From an uncultured Candidatus Woesearchaeota archaeon (GTDB lineage: Archaea > Nanobdellota > Nanobdellia > Woesearchaeales > GW2011-AR9), in assembly GCA_902529885.1 (NCBI GenBank), contig CABZYC010000002.1:1-59611 (forward strand): a stretch of 59,611 bases of DNA, in the 5' to 3' direction. The translations under genes were made by a program, and so were the position numbers. The notes below the pieces were generated by a model. That model saw only the letters and a program-made list of their open reading frames with translations. It made no database searches and had not been told where the DNA came from. Below, one piece after another: positions 9,446-18,372 of this stretch (positions are counted from its first letter, which is position 1; every line of letters begins with the position of its first letter).

Positions 9446-11150
9446 TCTTCTTTCGTATACCCGATACCTTAAAGAATTTGTGGCGTAAATTTGCTGTTTC
9501 TATTAATAAAGATATAATAAACAGTACAAGTGCGTAAAATATTAAAATTAATAAATCTTCTAATTGGGAAAAAGTACCTTGTTTAAATATAAATAGTTCA
9601 CGAATAATACGCTCGCTTATTACAAAGGGATTAAAATAGACTATATCTCTGATAAACAAAGACATACCCTCCACAGGGACAAATATGTTACTTAGAAACA
9701 ACATTAGACTACCAGTGCTTATACCAGCAAGGATAGCTGTTTCATGCATTGTAAAAATGTTAGCTATCCCAACACCAATTATACTAAAAACAATACACAC
9801 CAAAGTTAAAGTTACAAAGATCGCAGTCAAACTTCCAAGTGGGATGTCTAAGAAAAACGTGCTAATTAAAAGCATTAAAGTTAATTGAAACATCACAAGT
9901 AATAAAGTTGACACAATATTAGATATCAAAAATAGTTTTCTTCCCACTGGAATCAATTTGTTACGTACACTAGCACTAGTAGATTTTTCCATCATAACAA
10001 GTGTTATGCTTAACATCAACGATAAAAAAAGTGCAATCATAGATATTAATGCAGGGAACACATATTGTAATCGTGTACCACCTGCAACAGGAACAATATT
10101 AACCATGACAGGGTCAGTTATGATGCTAGCATTATCAACATTCAACGTTTTACTTTCACGTACAAGGATGCTTGTTTGTTTTTGTGAAGTAGTTAATAAG
10201 GTTGACAAGCCTACAAGGTTTGATTGGAGTTCAGACAAATCATCTTCAACAAAATTTAATGTTGATTGATACATGTTAATATCAGCATCCAATCCATCCA
10301 TCTGTTGTTCTGTATCATATATACCTTGTGTGATACCTTGTAATGATGAAGAAGATAATGACTCAATCTCATCTTCTAATTCAGTTATTGATTCTTGTAA
10401 ATCAGCTAGTTCTTCTTCCACCTCAGGGGATACACTCCCTAACAACGATTCCAACATTTCAAAGTCAGAATCAATATTAGAAATATGCTCAATGTACTCT
10501 TCATATACGTTCACCCCTGTAGATGAACTAACCTCCAAACTAAAACTAATGTCTGGAACCCCCATTAGTTGCCCTTGCGCATTGTCTGAATGACTTTTAC
10601 TGTCTTCAACAAGTTCAAGCTGGCTAGAAAGATCTTCAGAAATGGACCCCAAAATGGTACTTGTCTCAATAATACGCTCAAGCAAAACATGCACTAAATC
10701 TTCGCTTAACTCTTTGGTCCTAACTTGAAACTGTTCATCTAACACAGCTTGAACTTCACCTGCAAGATTTGTTCTGCTTGCATCAATTATAATGTTAACA
10801 CCTTTAATCTCGTTATTTTTTACAGTCAAATCTTCTGGAACATCAACACAAGCATGAGTATACCCATCTATTAAATCACTTTCACACTCAGATAAGTCAG
10901 GGTAAAGTATGACTTTATAACCTAAGTCTTCCATTGACTCTTGGAAAATAGTTGATTCGGTGCTACCCCATGAGGATAAAACTCCTAAGACAAGACCATA
11001 ATTCGAACTTGTATCATAAGATAATCCTATCAAGAGTATTAATAATAACGGAGCTAAAATGACAATGATTAAACTACCTTTACTCCGAACCAATAATTTA
11101 ATGTTTTTCCGAACTAATAATAGTAGGTGGTTAACGCTTTGCATGATCAC
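9351..11150 (-). CDS. ABC-2 type transporter permease with a large acidic coiled-coil ectodomain (YhgE/Pip-like architecture)
   Basis: One N-terminal TM, then about 330 aa of acidic/coiled-coil sequence, then five C-terminal TMs. It overlaps the upstream ABC ATPase gene. Its 3' end overlaps the kinase gene by 95 nt. Confidence 0.7.
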   Translation of the reverse strand: MIMQSVNHLLLLVRKNIKLLVRSKGSLIIVILAPLLLILLIGLSYDTSSNYGLVLGVLSSWGSTESTIFQESMEDLGYKVILYPDLSECESDLIDGYTHACVDVPEDLTVKNNEIKGVNIIIDASRTNLAGEVQAVLDEQFQVRTKELSEDLVHVLLERIIETSTILGSISEDLSSQLELVEDSKSHSDNAQGQLMGVPDISFSLEVSSSTGVNVYEEYIEHISNIDSDFEMLESLLGSVSPEVEEELADLQESITELEDEIESLSSSSLQGITQGIYDTEQQMDGLDADINMYQSTLNFVEDDLSELQSNLVGLSTLLTTSQKQTSILVRESKTLNVDNASIITDPVMVNIVPVAGGTRLQYVFPALISMIALFLSLMLSITLVMMEKSTSASVRNKLIPVGRKLFLISNIVSTLLLVMFQLTLMLLISTFFLDIPLGSLTAIFVTLTLVCIVFSIIGVGIANIFTMHETAILAGISTGSLMLFLSNIFVPVEGMSLFIRDIVYFNPFVISERIIRELFIFKQGTFSQLEDLLILIFYALVLFIISLLIETANLRHKFFKVSGIRKKNGAHNRVDRGSRGRKIKRRETSSKRRVQGKE

Positions 11151-12057
11151 CCCTGTCTATTAAACGGCGAAGGTAAGGTGTAGATATTTCTATCTGACGA
11201 ACATCTTTACCAGACTCACGTAACATCTTAAATAAATAAAATGTTGATTTTGCAACATCTTCAGTATTAATAACAATGTGGTCATAACGATCACTATAAG
11301 AAACGCCAGGAATATGACTGCACAGCTCAAGCATTACATCGTGAAGTCGCCCAGGCTTCAGCGTGATCTGTGAATTTGCATTAACGTTTATTTGATTACT
11401 ACTAACCACTTTTTTGTTTGCAATTACATACACATTAGTACATAAACTTTCTAATGCATCTAAATCGTGGCTTGCAATAACTACAGTAACACCTTGTAAA
11501 TTAATTTGTTTAATCAAAGACAGGATGTCACTCTTCAGATGCGCATCGAGGTTGCTTATTGGTTCATCTAAAAAAAGGATTCTTGGTTTGTGAATCATAC
11601 TACAAGCAATATCTAACCTACGTGCCATTCCACCAGATAAGCTTGATGCAGGGTAACCAGAATACTTAAACAAACCAAGTGTGCGTAATAAAGAGGTTGC
11701 ATTAGATCGTATTGTTGATTTGTTCTGTTTATACATGTACCCAAAATGAAGTAAATTTTCCATTATGGTCAAATCAGGATAATGACTTTTGTGTTGTGGC
11801 ATGTAACCAATTAGATTGTGCAAAGTATGATTGTATGGCGTTAAACGCAATCCTTTGCCCGCATGGTTTGAATACACAATTTTACCCTTGTCACAATGTT
11901 CAAGGCCAGTAAGTAAATTTAGAAGTGTACTTTTACCGCTCCCGCTCTTCCCAATAAAACCGACTATTTCCCCCGCATTAATACAAAAATTGATAGAATC
12001 AAGGATAGTATTACCACTATAACTTTTAGAAACACCTTCTATCTTTACTATCTTCAT
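11131..12057 (-). CDS. ABC transporter ATP-binding protein (start taken at MKIVKIEGVSKSY)
   Basis: Walker A GKSGSGKST, signature LSGGMARR, Walker B ILFLDEP and an H-loop. The ORF-track start at 12105 adds 16 non-conserved residues. Confidence 0.88.
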   Translation of the reverse strand: MKIVKIEGVSKSYSGNTILDSINFCINAGEIVGFIGKSGSGKSTLLNLLTGLEHCDKGKIVYSNHAGKGLRLTPYNHTLHNLIGYMPQHKSHYPDLTIMENLLHFGYMYKQNKSTIRSNATSLLRTLGLFKYSGYPASSLSGGMARRLDIACSMIHKPRILFLDEPISNLDAHLKSDILSLIKQINLQGVTVVIASHDLDALESLCTNVYVIANKKVVSSNQINVNANSQITLKPGRLHDVMLELCSHIPGVSYSDRYDHIVINTEDVAKSTFYLFKMLRESGKDVRQIEISTPYLRRLIDRGDHAKR

Positions 12058-12107
12058 ACACAAAATAAATGTTTCAGAGTATAAATGTGTTTTGAAATGA
12101 TACAAAT

Positions 12108-12119
12108 CTTTTTATAAGG
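12108..12119 (+). promoter_or_regulatory. TATA box upstream of secF
   Basis: CTTTTTATAAGG lies about 20-30 nt before ATG 12138. Confidence 0.5.
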
Positions 12120-12137
12120 GGTTGTTCGAATGGATGT

Positions 12138-12980
12138 ATGCATAAACTGCAAGCAATATATGAAACTGAACATAAAAAACTACTCATTATCCCGTTTGCA
12201 CTACTATTCATATGTATAGGGATATTAGCATTTAATTTTGTTTCAACTGGAGAAGTTATAGAACGAGGCATTGGACTTAAAGGTGGAACTTCTATTACAG
12301 TCTATGGTGACTATGACCTAAATATCATCACAGAATATTACCCTAAAGCACAAGAAAGACTACTTACTGGCGACCAAAATGGTGCACGGTACGATATTTC
12401 GATCGATGCAAATCAAGCAGTAGAACTTAGAGAGAAGTTAGTAGAAAGCGGTATCCCTAGCGAGTCCATACAAGTTGAATCTATTGGTTCAAGTTTGGGA
12501 GATTCATTCTTTAGACAATTAGTGACTGCACTTTGCTTTGCATTTTTATTGATGAGTTTAGTAGTGTTCATTTATTTTAGAAGCATAGTTCCAAGCCTTG
12601 CAGTTATATTATCAGCCTTCAGTGACATTGTTTGTACTGCTGCAATATTCAGCCTTTTCAATATACCCATCGACGGTGCAGGTGTTGCAGCATTATTAAT
12701 GTTGATTGGATACTCCGTAGACACAGATATCTTGCTTACATCAAGAATGCTCAAAGATAAAAAACATAGTATCATGAACAGAATCTATTCAGCAATGAGA
12801 ACGGGCCTAACCATGGCGTTCACTACAATCACAGTAGTGTTCATCACATTAATATTGGTACAAAGCGAAGTTGTAAAGCAGATTGTACTAATCCTTTTCA
12901 TTGGTTTACTTGTAGACCTAGTTATGACCTGGATACAAAACGCAATCTTGATTAGGTTGCACTTGGAGGCTAAAAAATGA
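12138..12980 (+). CDS. secF: protein-export membrane protein SecF
   Basis: GIGLKGGTSITV motif after TM1, a periplasmic domain, then five TMs. It has a 4-nt overlap with secD. A TATA-like element lies at 12108-12119. Confidence 0.85.
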   Translation: MHKLQAIYETEHKKLLIIPFALLFICIGILAFNFVSTGEVIERGIGLKGGTSITVYGDYDLNIITEYYPKAQERLLTGDQNGARYDISIDANQAVELREKLVESGIPSESIQVESIGSSLGDSFFRQLVTALCFAFLLMSLVVFIYFRSIVPSLAVILSAFSDIVCTAAIFSLFNIPIDGAGVAALLMLIGYSVDTDILLTSRMLKDKKHSIMNRIYSAMRTGLTMAFTTITVVFITLILVQSEVVKQIVLILFIGLLVDLVMTWIQNAILIRLHLEAKK

Positions 12981-14545
12981 AATTAATACGTACTAGGGTA
13001 GTGATACTCTTATTTTGTTTACTAATTGCTACCGTAGCATTAGTTGGTTATAACCCATTAACGGTATTTAATGATGGCGTATCGATTAAAAGTGTATCAT
13101 TCAATTCCCAAGCAATGTTGGCAGGGATAAGTAACCCTGATGAATTAACACAACCCATACATTATGAAGTTATAAAAAGTATAAATGGTGTCCCGATTAA
13201 TTCTCTCGAAGATTATGACAGTGTTATTAGCACGACACCAGCCAACATTAGTATGCTCATTATAACTAACCAAGGGCAATACACCGTCCTTAATGATGGA
13301 GACATTGGCCTTACAGTGATTGACCAAGCAAATAGTAATCTTAGGTTAGGCTTAGACTTATCTGGAGGTACAAGAGTATTACTTAGCCCAACTGAGCCAG
13401 TATCAGACGAAGTACTTGACCAAATTGTTGACAGTTTAGATAACCGGCTTAATGTATATGGGGTAAGCGATGTTGTTATTACTAAAGCTTCAGACCTATT
13501 TAGTGAAGACCAATTCATTGTTGTAGAAATTGCAGGTGCATCACAAAGTGAAGTTACAAACCTACTTCAATCACAAGGTAAATTTGAAGCAAAAATTGCA
13601 AATGTGACAGTGTTTAGTGGCGATGGAGATGATATCACTTATGTCTGCCGTAGTGCAGATTGTAGCGGCATTGACCCATTCAGAGGGTGCCAAGAGTACC
13701 AAGAAGGTTACGTTTGTGGATATGCTTTCTCTATAACATTATCTTCTGAGTCTGCTGAAAAACAAGCTAATATTACAAACCAATTACAAGTGTTAGGCGA
13801 TGCCAATAATTATTATCTTTCTGAAAACTTAATCTTTTATCTTGACGATGTTGAAACAAACAGTTTACAGATTAGTGCCAATCTTAAAGGTAAGGCTTCA
13901 ACAAACATCCAGATTACAGGGTCAGGCAATGGACTAAGCCAAGCAGATGCTATGGATAGTGCACTACAAGATATGAAGACTATGCAAACTATCCTTATGA
14001 CTGGAAGTTTACCCGTAGATCTTGAGATTGTACGAATGGACACAATCTCTGCTACCCTTGGAAGTGAGTTCCTAATAAATTTATTGTTCATTGGACTGAT
14101 CGCACTCATTGCTGTTGCATCCATCATATACATTAAATATCGTAAAATTGAATTAACTGTGACAATCATATTAACTTTGATGTCAGAGATAGTCCTTATT
14201 TTAGGATTCGCCGCATTCTTTAAGTGGCAACTAGACCTTGCAGCAGTAGCAGGTATTTTATTAGTAATAGGAACAGGTATTGACCACCTGATCATTATCA
14301 CTGATGAAATGCTTAACGGCACACGTTCAAGAAATATTAAAGGGCGTATTAAAGATGCAATGGCAATTGTATTAGGGGCTTATATCACCACCTTAGCCGG
14401 AATGTTACCATTATTTAATGCAGGCGCAGGTTTGCTTAAAGGATTCGCGTTCACAACAATAGTAGGCGTAAGTGCAGGAGTTCTTATAGCTCGACCAGCG
14501 TTCGCATCAATATTAGAAACTTTGTTTGACACGCCGGACGAATGA
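12977..14545 (+). CDS. secD: protein-export membrane protein SecD
   Basis: LGLDLSGGTRVLL motif, a large extracytoplasmic domain and a C-terminal 5-TM bundle. Confidence 0.85.
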   Translation: MKLIRTRVVILLFCLLIATVALVGYNPLTVFNDGVSIKSVSFNSQAMLAGISNPDELTQPIHYEVIKSINGVPINSLEDYDSVISTTPANISMLIITNQGQYTVLNDGDIGLTVIDQANSNLRLGLDLSGGTRVLLSPTEPVSDEVLDQIVDSLDNRLNVYGVSDVVITKASDLFSEDQFIVVEIAGASQSEVTNLLQSQGKFEAKIANVTVFSGDGDDITYVCRSADCSGIDPFRGCQEYQEGYVCGYAFSITLSSESAEKQANITNQLQVLGDANNYYLSENLIFYLDDVETNSLQISANLKGKASTNIQITGSGNGLSQADAMDSALQDMKTMQTILMTGSLPVDLEIVRMDTISATLGSEFLINLLFIGLIALIAVASIIYIKYRKIELTVTIILTLMSEIVLILGFAAFFKWQLDLAAVAGILLVIGTGIDHLIIITDEMLNGTRSRNIKGRIKDAMAIVLGAYITTLAGMLPLFNAGAGLLKGFAFTTIVGVSAGVLIARPAFASILETLFDTPDE

Positions 14546-14998
14546 AGGAATAATTAACGCGATTATAAAAATAATCGTGCTCATTACTGGGTCTTGGTTC
14601 ACACTAAGGCCCAAATCTGAGCTTATGCCTTCACTAGCATACACAATTACAAAAGTATTCATTATTGCAATCAATGGTATGACTGAACCTGCTACAAAAT
14701 GATGGCGAGACTCAATATGCGCAATATCCCGCATTAAATAATCATATACTATACCAATAATTATACCAAATATAACCATTAAACACATTATGAACCATGA
14801 CGGCATAATTATTGCTAAAAATAGTACCCCTACCATTACAAATATATTAGAAAAAATAACTAATAAGATCGTCGAAAAAAATAAGACTTGAGTAAAATAA
14901 CGTTCTTGTTCTGTCCCACGATGAAGTGACCGCATTACCCTGTATATCTCTGGTTGGCTCCACCCCTTCTTTTTTAGGTTTCCTTTTAAATCCATCAT
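14513..14998 (-). CDS. multi-pass membrane protein, unknown function
   Basis: 161-aa ORF with 4-5 hydrophobic helices. It has a 4-nt overlap with the upstream MinD-like gene. Confidence 0.5.
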   Translation of the reverse strand: MMDLKGNLKKKGWSQPEIYRVMRSLHRGTEQERYFTQVLFFSTILLVIFSNIFVMVGVLFLAIIMPSWFIMCLMVIFGIIIGIVYDYLMRDIAHIESRHHFVAGSVIPLIAIMNTFVIVYASEGISSDLGLSVNQDPVMSTIIFIIALIIPSFVRRVKQSF

Positions 14999-15711
14999 TC
15001 ACCCATATACGTCTTCTGTGCAAATTGTTTTAACCTTCGAGTAATATCACTCCGAGGGTAGAGGTGTACATAAGGTTCTTGTAAATGTTGTGATGTTGCC
15101 ATTTTCTTATCAGATTTTAACACAGTTAGAATTGGTATACCTAACAAATTCTCAACATCATTAGAGTCAAGTTTAGATCGTGACCACCAGTTACCACTCA
15201 TATTCAATATAGCACCAGTAACAATTGTTCCTTTTTTACGGCAAAGTTCAATGTTTTTCATTGATTCCATTATACTAGCCATGGTTGGCGTTACAACAAT
15301 AATTACTTCATCAGAATTGTCAAGTATAGGATGAACATCTGCCCCAAAACCGCTTGGGCTATCAATCACCACAAAATCTGCTGCACCATTCAAACGACTA
15401 AACAACCTGTCCACTCGTTCAGGTGAAGTATTAACATAAGATGAATAACTTGGATTACTATAAATTATGTGGAGTCCAGTTTGGTGTTCTTGCACAACAC
15501 TGTGCAACGATTCACTACCATCCAAAAACTGGTTCAGAGTTTTACCTGGACGTAACACCCCTAAATATAATCCAATATTAGGTGTTGCAATGTTAGCGTC
15601 AACTAAAATAACTGATTTTCCTAATTCCTGTAAGGTGTGAGATACATTTATTGCTAAACTTGTTTTTCCAACCCCACCTTTGCCCGATACAAATGAAATA
15701 AAACGTGTCAT
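14995..15711 (-). CDS. MinD/ParA-family P-loop ATPase
   Basis: Deviant Walker A SGKGGVGKTS, VLVDANIATPN and a Walker B VVIDSP. Confidence 0.85.
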   Translation of the reverse strand: MTRFISFVSGKGGVGKTSLAINVSHTLQELGKSVILVDANIATPNIGLYLGVLRPGKTLNQFLDGSESLHSVVQEHQTGLHIIYSNPSYSSYVNTSPERVDRLFSRLNGAADFVVIDSPSGFGADVHPILDNSDEVIIVVTPTMASIMESMKNIELCRKKGTIVTGAILNMSGNWWSRSKLDSNDVENLLGIPILTVLKSDKKMATSQHLQEPYVHLYPRSDITRRLKQFAQKTYMGE

Positions 15712-15750
15712 CTTTCCCTCAAAGACATTACTGTGAGCGAATATATAAAC

Positions 15751-16224
15751 TTAGTCCTCTGTGTAACCACACAAGGACCTAGTGTAACAGTACATATGAA
15801 TTGCAAACTTTTCCAAAGATTCTAAACTGTCAATATTTACTAAAGCACAACTTTTAGGTAAGGAATAAAACATACCTACATGACGGCGATACTCATTCAC
15901 AGACTTGTGTTCAGTGCGTAATAATAAACGTATCTTTTGATAAAAATGTACAAAACGTTGAATCTCAGGGTCAGGATAATCTTCAAGACGTTTAGCAATG
16001 ATCATGGGAGTGCGTGGAAACCGGTCAATATGACCTGAATCAACAGCCTTACGCGCCAATAATTCCATAATTATATCACTATAACTTATAAAACGTAATA
16101 AAGCGTTACGTAAAACGTCAGTGGTCCGCGTATATTTTAACGAAACATAAATTATATGTTCAATACGATTCAACTCTTCATGAGCCTCAATTAAATATTC
16201 ATCTTCAGATTCAAAATTGTGCAT
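15751..16224 (-). CDS. hypothetical protein
   Basis: 157-aa ORF with no antisense competitor and no recognisable motif. Confidence 0.5.
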   Translation of the reverse strand: MHNFESEDEYLIEAHEELNRIEHIIYVSLKYTRTTDVLRNALLRFISYSDIIMELLARKAVDSGHIDRFPRTPMIIAKRLEDYPDPEIQRFVHFYQKIRLLLRTEHKSVNEYRRHVGMFYSLPKSCALVNIDSLESLEKFAIHMYCYTRSLCGYTED

Positions 16225-16228
16225 TTGA

Positions 16229-16552
16229 TTAGTATCCTTTCCTTATATTTTCCACCATCAACCTACACATAGGATATGAAAGTTGAACTGATTTATAATC
16301 TTTGTTGAAGCAGACATATGTTTTTGATGTTTTCAACGAGATATACTCGTTATCAAGCATAGAATACAACTCGTTATGTTCTGCCTCTAAAAAAGGCCTT
16401 AATTTATGTACAACCCTTACCAATAGGTTTACTTCATTGTTCAGCAAGTATGCATGTAATAAAGCATTACATTGCTGGACTGTTTTGTAAACGAGTGATT
16501 GCCTCTGCAAGATCACCTCTACATTCCTCCAAAGTTTCTTTAGCAACATCAA
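16229..16552 (-). CDS. hypothetical protein (doubtful; start overlaps NAC by 86 nt)
   Basis: 107-aa ORF that fills the gap between two genes. It has no motif, and no internal start would relieve the overlap. Confidence 0.25.
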   Translation of the reverse strand: MMLLKKLWRNVEVILQRQSLVYKTVQQCNALLHAYLLNNEVNLLVRVVHKLRPFLEAEHNELYSMLDNEYISLKTSKTYVCFNKDYKSVQLSYPMCRLMVENIRKGY

Positions 16553-16811
16553 ATTCTACCCCTGCTTGGTCTGCAACCATTTGAACATCATCATCGTTAA
16601 TCTCAATTTCAGTTTTAACTAATGTTGCAGTTCCTGTAACCTGAAAACTTTCTTGCCCCATCATGTTAACTTTGGTCACACCAGGATTTTCAATAACTAA
16701 ATCACCTTGTTCAGTTTTAATAATGACAGAATATGCCTGGATCTCTTCTTGTTTAATCCCCATCTTCTTCATCATTTGCTGCATCTGCCGGGGATTAACA
16801 CCTGGTAACAT
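16467..16811 (-). CDS. nac: nascent polypeptide-associated complex protein (NAC alpha homologue with C-terminal UBA)
   Basis: N-terminus MLPGVNPRQMQQMMKKMGI, a NAC beta-barrel, and a C-terminal UBA-like segment VAKETLEECRGDLAEAITRL. Confidence 0.9.
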   Translation of the reverse strand: MLPGVNPRQMQQMMKKMGIKQEEIQAYSVIIKTEQGDLVIENPGVTKVNMMGQESFQVTGTATLVKTEIEINDDDVQMVADQAGVEFDVAKETLEECRGDLAEAITRLQNSPAM

Positions 16812-16978
16812 TAAAAAAAAGCCCCGCCAAACATATGTAACGCAACAATCACGAACATTGCCACCACACAGATTACCACCACCGCACCTGGAGAAATTAA
16901 AAAATTTCCAACTTCTTCGTCAAACCGTTGTAGTCCACCTTGCCCAGAGGGCATTTGAATTTTATTATTTTTTGCCAT
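16811..16978 (-). CDS. secG: preprotein translocase subunit Sec61beta (archaeal SecG)
   Basis: Internal ATG of ORF 16811-17119 gives the 55-aa product MAKNNKIQMPSGQGGLQRFDEEVGNFLISPGAVVVICVVAMFVIVALHMF. This shows the Sec61beta pattern (GL.R..DE plus a C-terminal TM). The upstream part of the ORF overlies the RNase P RNA. Confidence 0.8.
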   Translation of the reverse strand: MAKNNKIQMPSGQGGLQRFDEEVGNFLISPGAVVVICVVAMFVIVALHMFGGAFF

Positions 16979-16989
16979 TTTAGTATGAT

Positions 16990-17253
16990 GTGTAGAGTGA
17001 CATAAGCCGCCTTCTGTCACGCCTATGCGTGTGCTGACATTCAACTTAGCGTCTATTGACTTGCACCGGTCAGGATTCGCCGTTTCATCTATAATCCGTA
17101 CAACATCATGGTCTCCCAATCATTTTACATGTACAGTACAGTATCGTTTCTGTGCCATTGCCAAGGATTTCTCCTTTTATTGACCATAACAAGCAAAGCT
17201 TGCTGGTGGGCGGACTTTCCTGAGTTACCCCTTGTCAGCTGTCACCACTACTT
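16990..17253 (-). ncRNA. rnpB: RNase P RNA (archaeal type A-like, compact, about 260 nt)
   Basis: The minus strand contains CR-I CAGGAAAGUCCGCCCACC, a UGAAACGG element and CR-V GACAGAAGGCGGCUUAUG. Terminal helix P1 forms from GUAGUGGUGACA (5', about 17251-17240) and UGUCACUCUAC (3', about 17002-16992). Ends are approximate. Confidence 0.8.
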
Positions 17254-17273
17254 AATTTGTAAACAGTCTTAGT

Positions 17274-17942
17274 TTATAAAAATACCCGTACATCTTTAGA
17301 TTTTAGGTAAGAATGTATACCTTCAACATGGCCCTTACCAACTACTACTAAAACAGTATGGTCTGCATCCAATTTCAGTAGGTTCTTTGCCATGTACACA
17401 TTTCTTTCATGTACTAACACTTTGTAAACACTTGGATAATCAGACTTCATTTGTTTCATTAATAAATCGACAATGTCATCTGAAGGAATCTCTTTCAAAT
17501 TGATTTTGCGTAACATCTGGCCATGAGAACTGAAAGGACCAGTGAACATCTGTACGAAAAAACGTAATTTTTCTTTCCAAGTTAACTTCTTGAATAAACG
17601 GCGTAATGTCACTTGAATATGTCGATCTATCAAAGCAACTTTCAAATTGTTTTTGCCTGCAGCGATAACAGCATATTTCATGTCAACACCAGGCTTTGTC
17701 CCAACCTTTTTTGCAAGATATTTTTGTGCAAATTTGCCTATCTTCATAAACATGAATGGGCCAACCCCCAACTTGAACATTGCACTATAAGGTAAATGTT
17801 GTTCTTTCTCAAATAATGCTTTCACTCGATCACGGTCCAACTCAACCGCAATAATGTCAGGGGCATACTGATTGATTAAATCATCAATCTTCTTTTTGGA
17901 ATCAGTGCTAATATGGCTTGTCCCACACAAAATTATTGTCAT
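17274..17942 (-). CDS. TraB/PrgY-family protein (start taken at MTIILCGTSHIS)
   Basis: GTSHIS, AVELDRDR and VVVGKGHVEGI motifs of the TraB family. The ORF-track start at 18038 overlaps the divergent PRC-barrel gene. Confidence 0.7.
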   Translation of the reverse strand: MTIILCGTSHISTDSKKKIDDLINQYAPDIIAVELDRDRVKALFEKEQHLPYSAMFKLGVGPFMFMKIGKFAQKYLAKKVGTKPGVDMKYAVIAAGKNNLKVALIDRHIQVTLRRLFKKLTWKEKLRFFVQMFTGPFSSHGQMLRKINLKEIPSDDIVDLLMKQMKSDYPSVYKVLVHERNVYMAKNLLKLDADHTVLVVVGKGHVEGIHSYLKSKDVRVFL

Positions 17943-18007
17943 TAACCTTATTAGAATATCAAAAACTATATAAACACAGTTTCTATCTTTTAATCGAGGT
18001 GGCATAA

Positions 18008-18280
18008 ATGCTAAAAATAAAAAAAGTTTCTGAGACATACGAACTTCAAGTGTACACGGACGCAGGAGAATACTTTGGAGACATCGAAGATAGTATTATT
18101 CAAAATAATAAAGTGTTTGGATGGAAAATAAAAAGTACCAAAAATAGTTTTTTGAGCAAAATACTTGGTAGTGCAAAAGGAGTTATTGTGCCGCACCAAT
18201 TAGTCAAAGCTGTGGGAGACATACTTATTATTAGCCGTAATGCAATACCTAACAGTGGTATTGATGAAACCGAAGCATGA
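18008..18280 (+). CDS. PRC-barrel domain protein
   Basis: 90-aa ORF with a PRC-barrel-like pattern (V.T..GE.FG.IED..I......GW.I ... VG.D.LII). GAGGTGG lies upstream of the ATG. Confidence 0.55.
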   Translation: MLKIKKVSETYELQVYTDAGEYFGDIEDSIIQNNKVFGWKIKSTKNSFLSKILGSAKGVIVPHQLVKAVGDILIISRNAIPNSGIDETEA

Positions 18281-18372
18281 AATCACGTATTGATGATAAA
18301 TATCAGCAGATGTTGATGGTGAGTTTACAAGAAAATTCTATTGAAAAACAGTTGTTACCACCTGCAGCATGA
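18277..18372 (+). CDS. 31-codon micro-ORF bridging the PRC-barrel and cyclase genes
   Basis: MKSRIDDKYQQMLMVSLQENSIEKQLLPPAA. Its ATG overlaps the PRC-barrel stop (ATGA) and its TGA overlaps the cyclase ATG (ATGA). It falls below the ORF-track size cutoff. Confidence 0.3.
   Translation: MKSRIDDKYQQMLMVSLQENSIEKQLLPPAA

Noticed and set aside
16979-17119. N-terminal part of ORF 16811-17119 (MGDHDVVRIIDETANPDR...).
   Set aside because: It overlies the RNase P RNA conserved regions. The Sec61beta homology starts only at the internal Met (16978).
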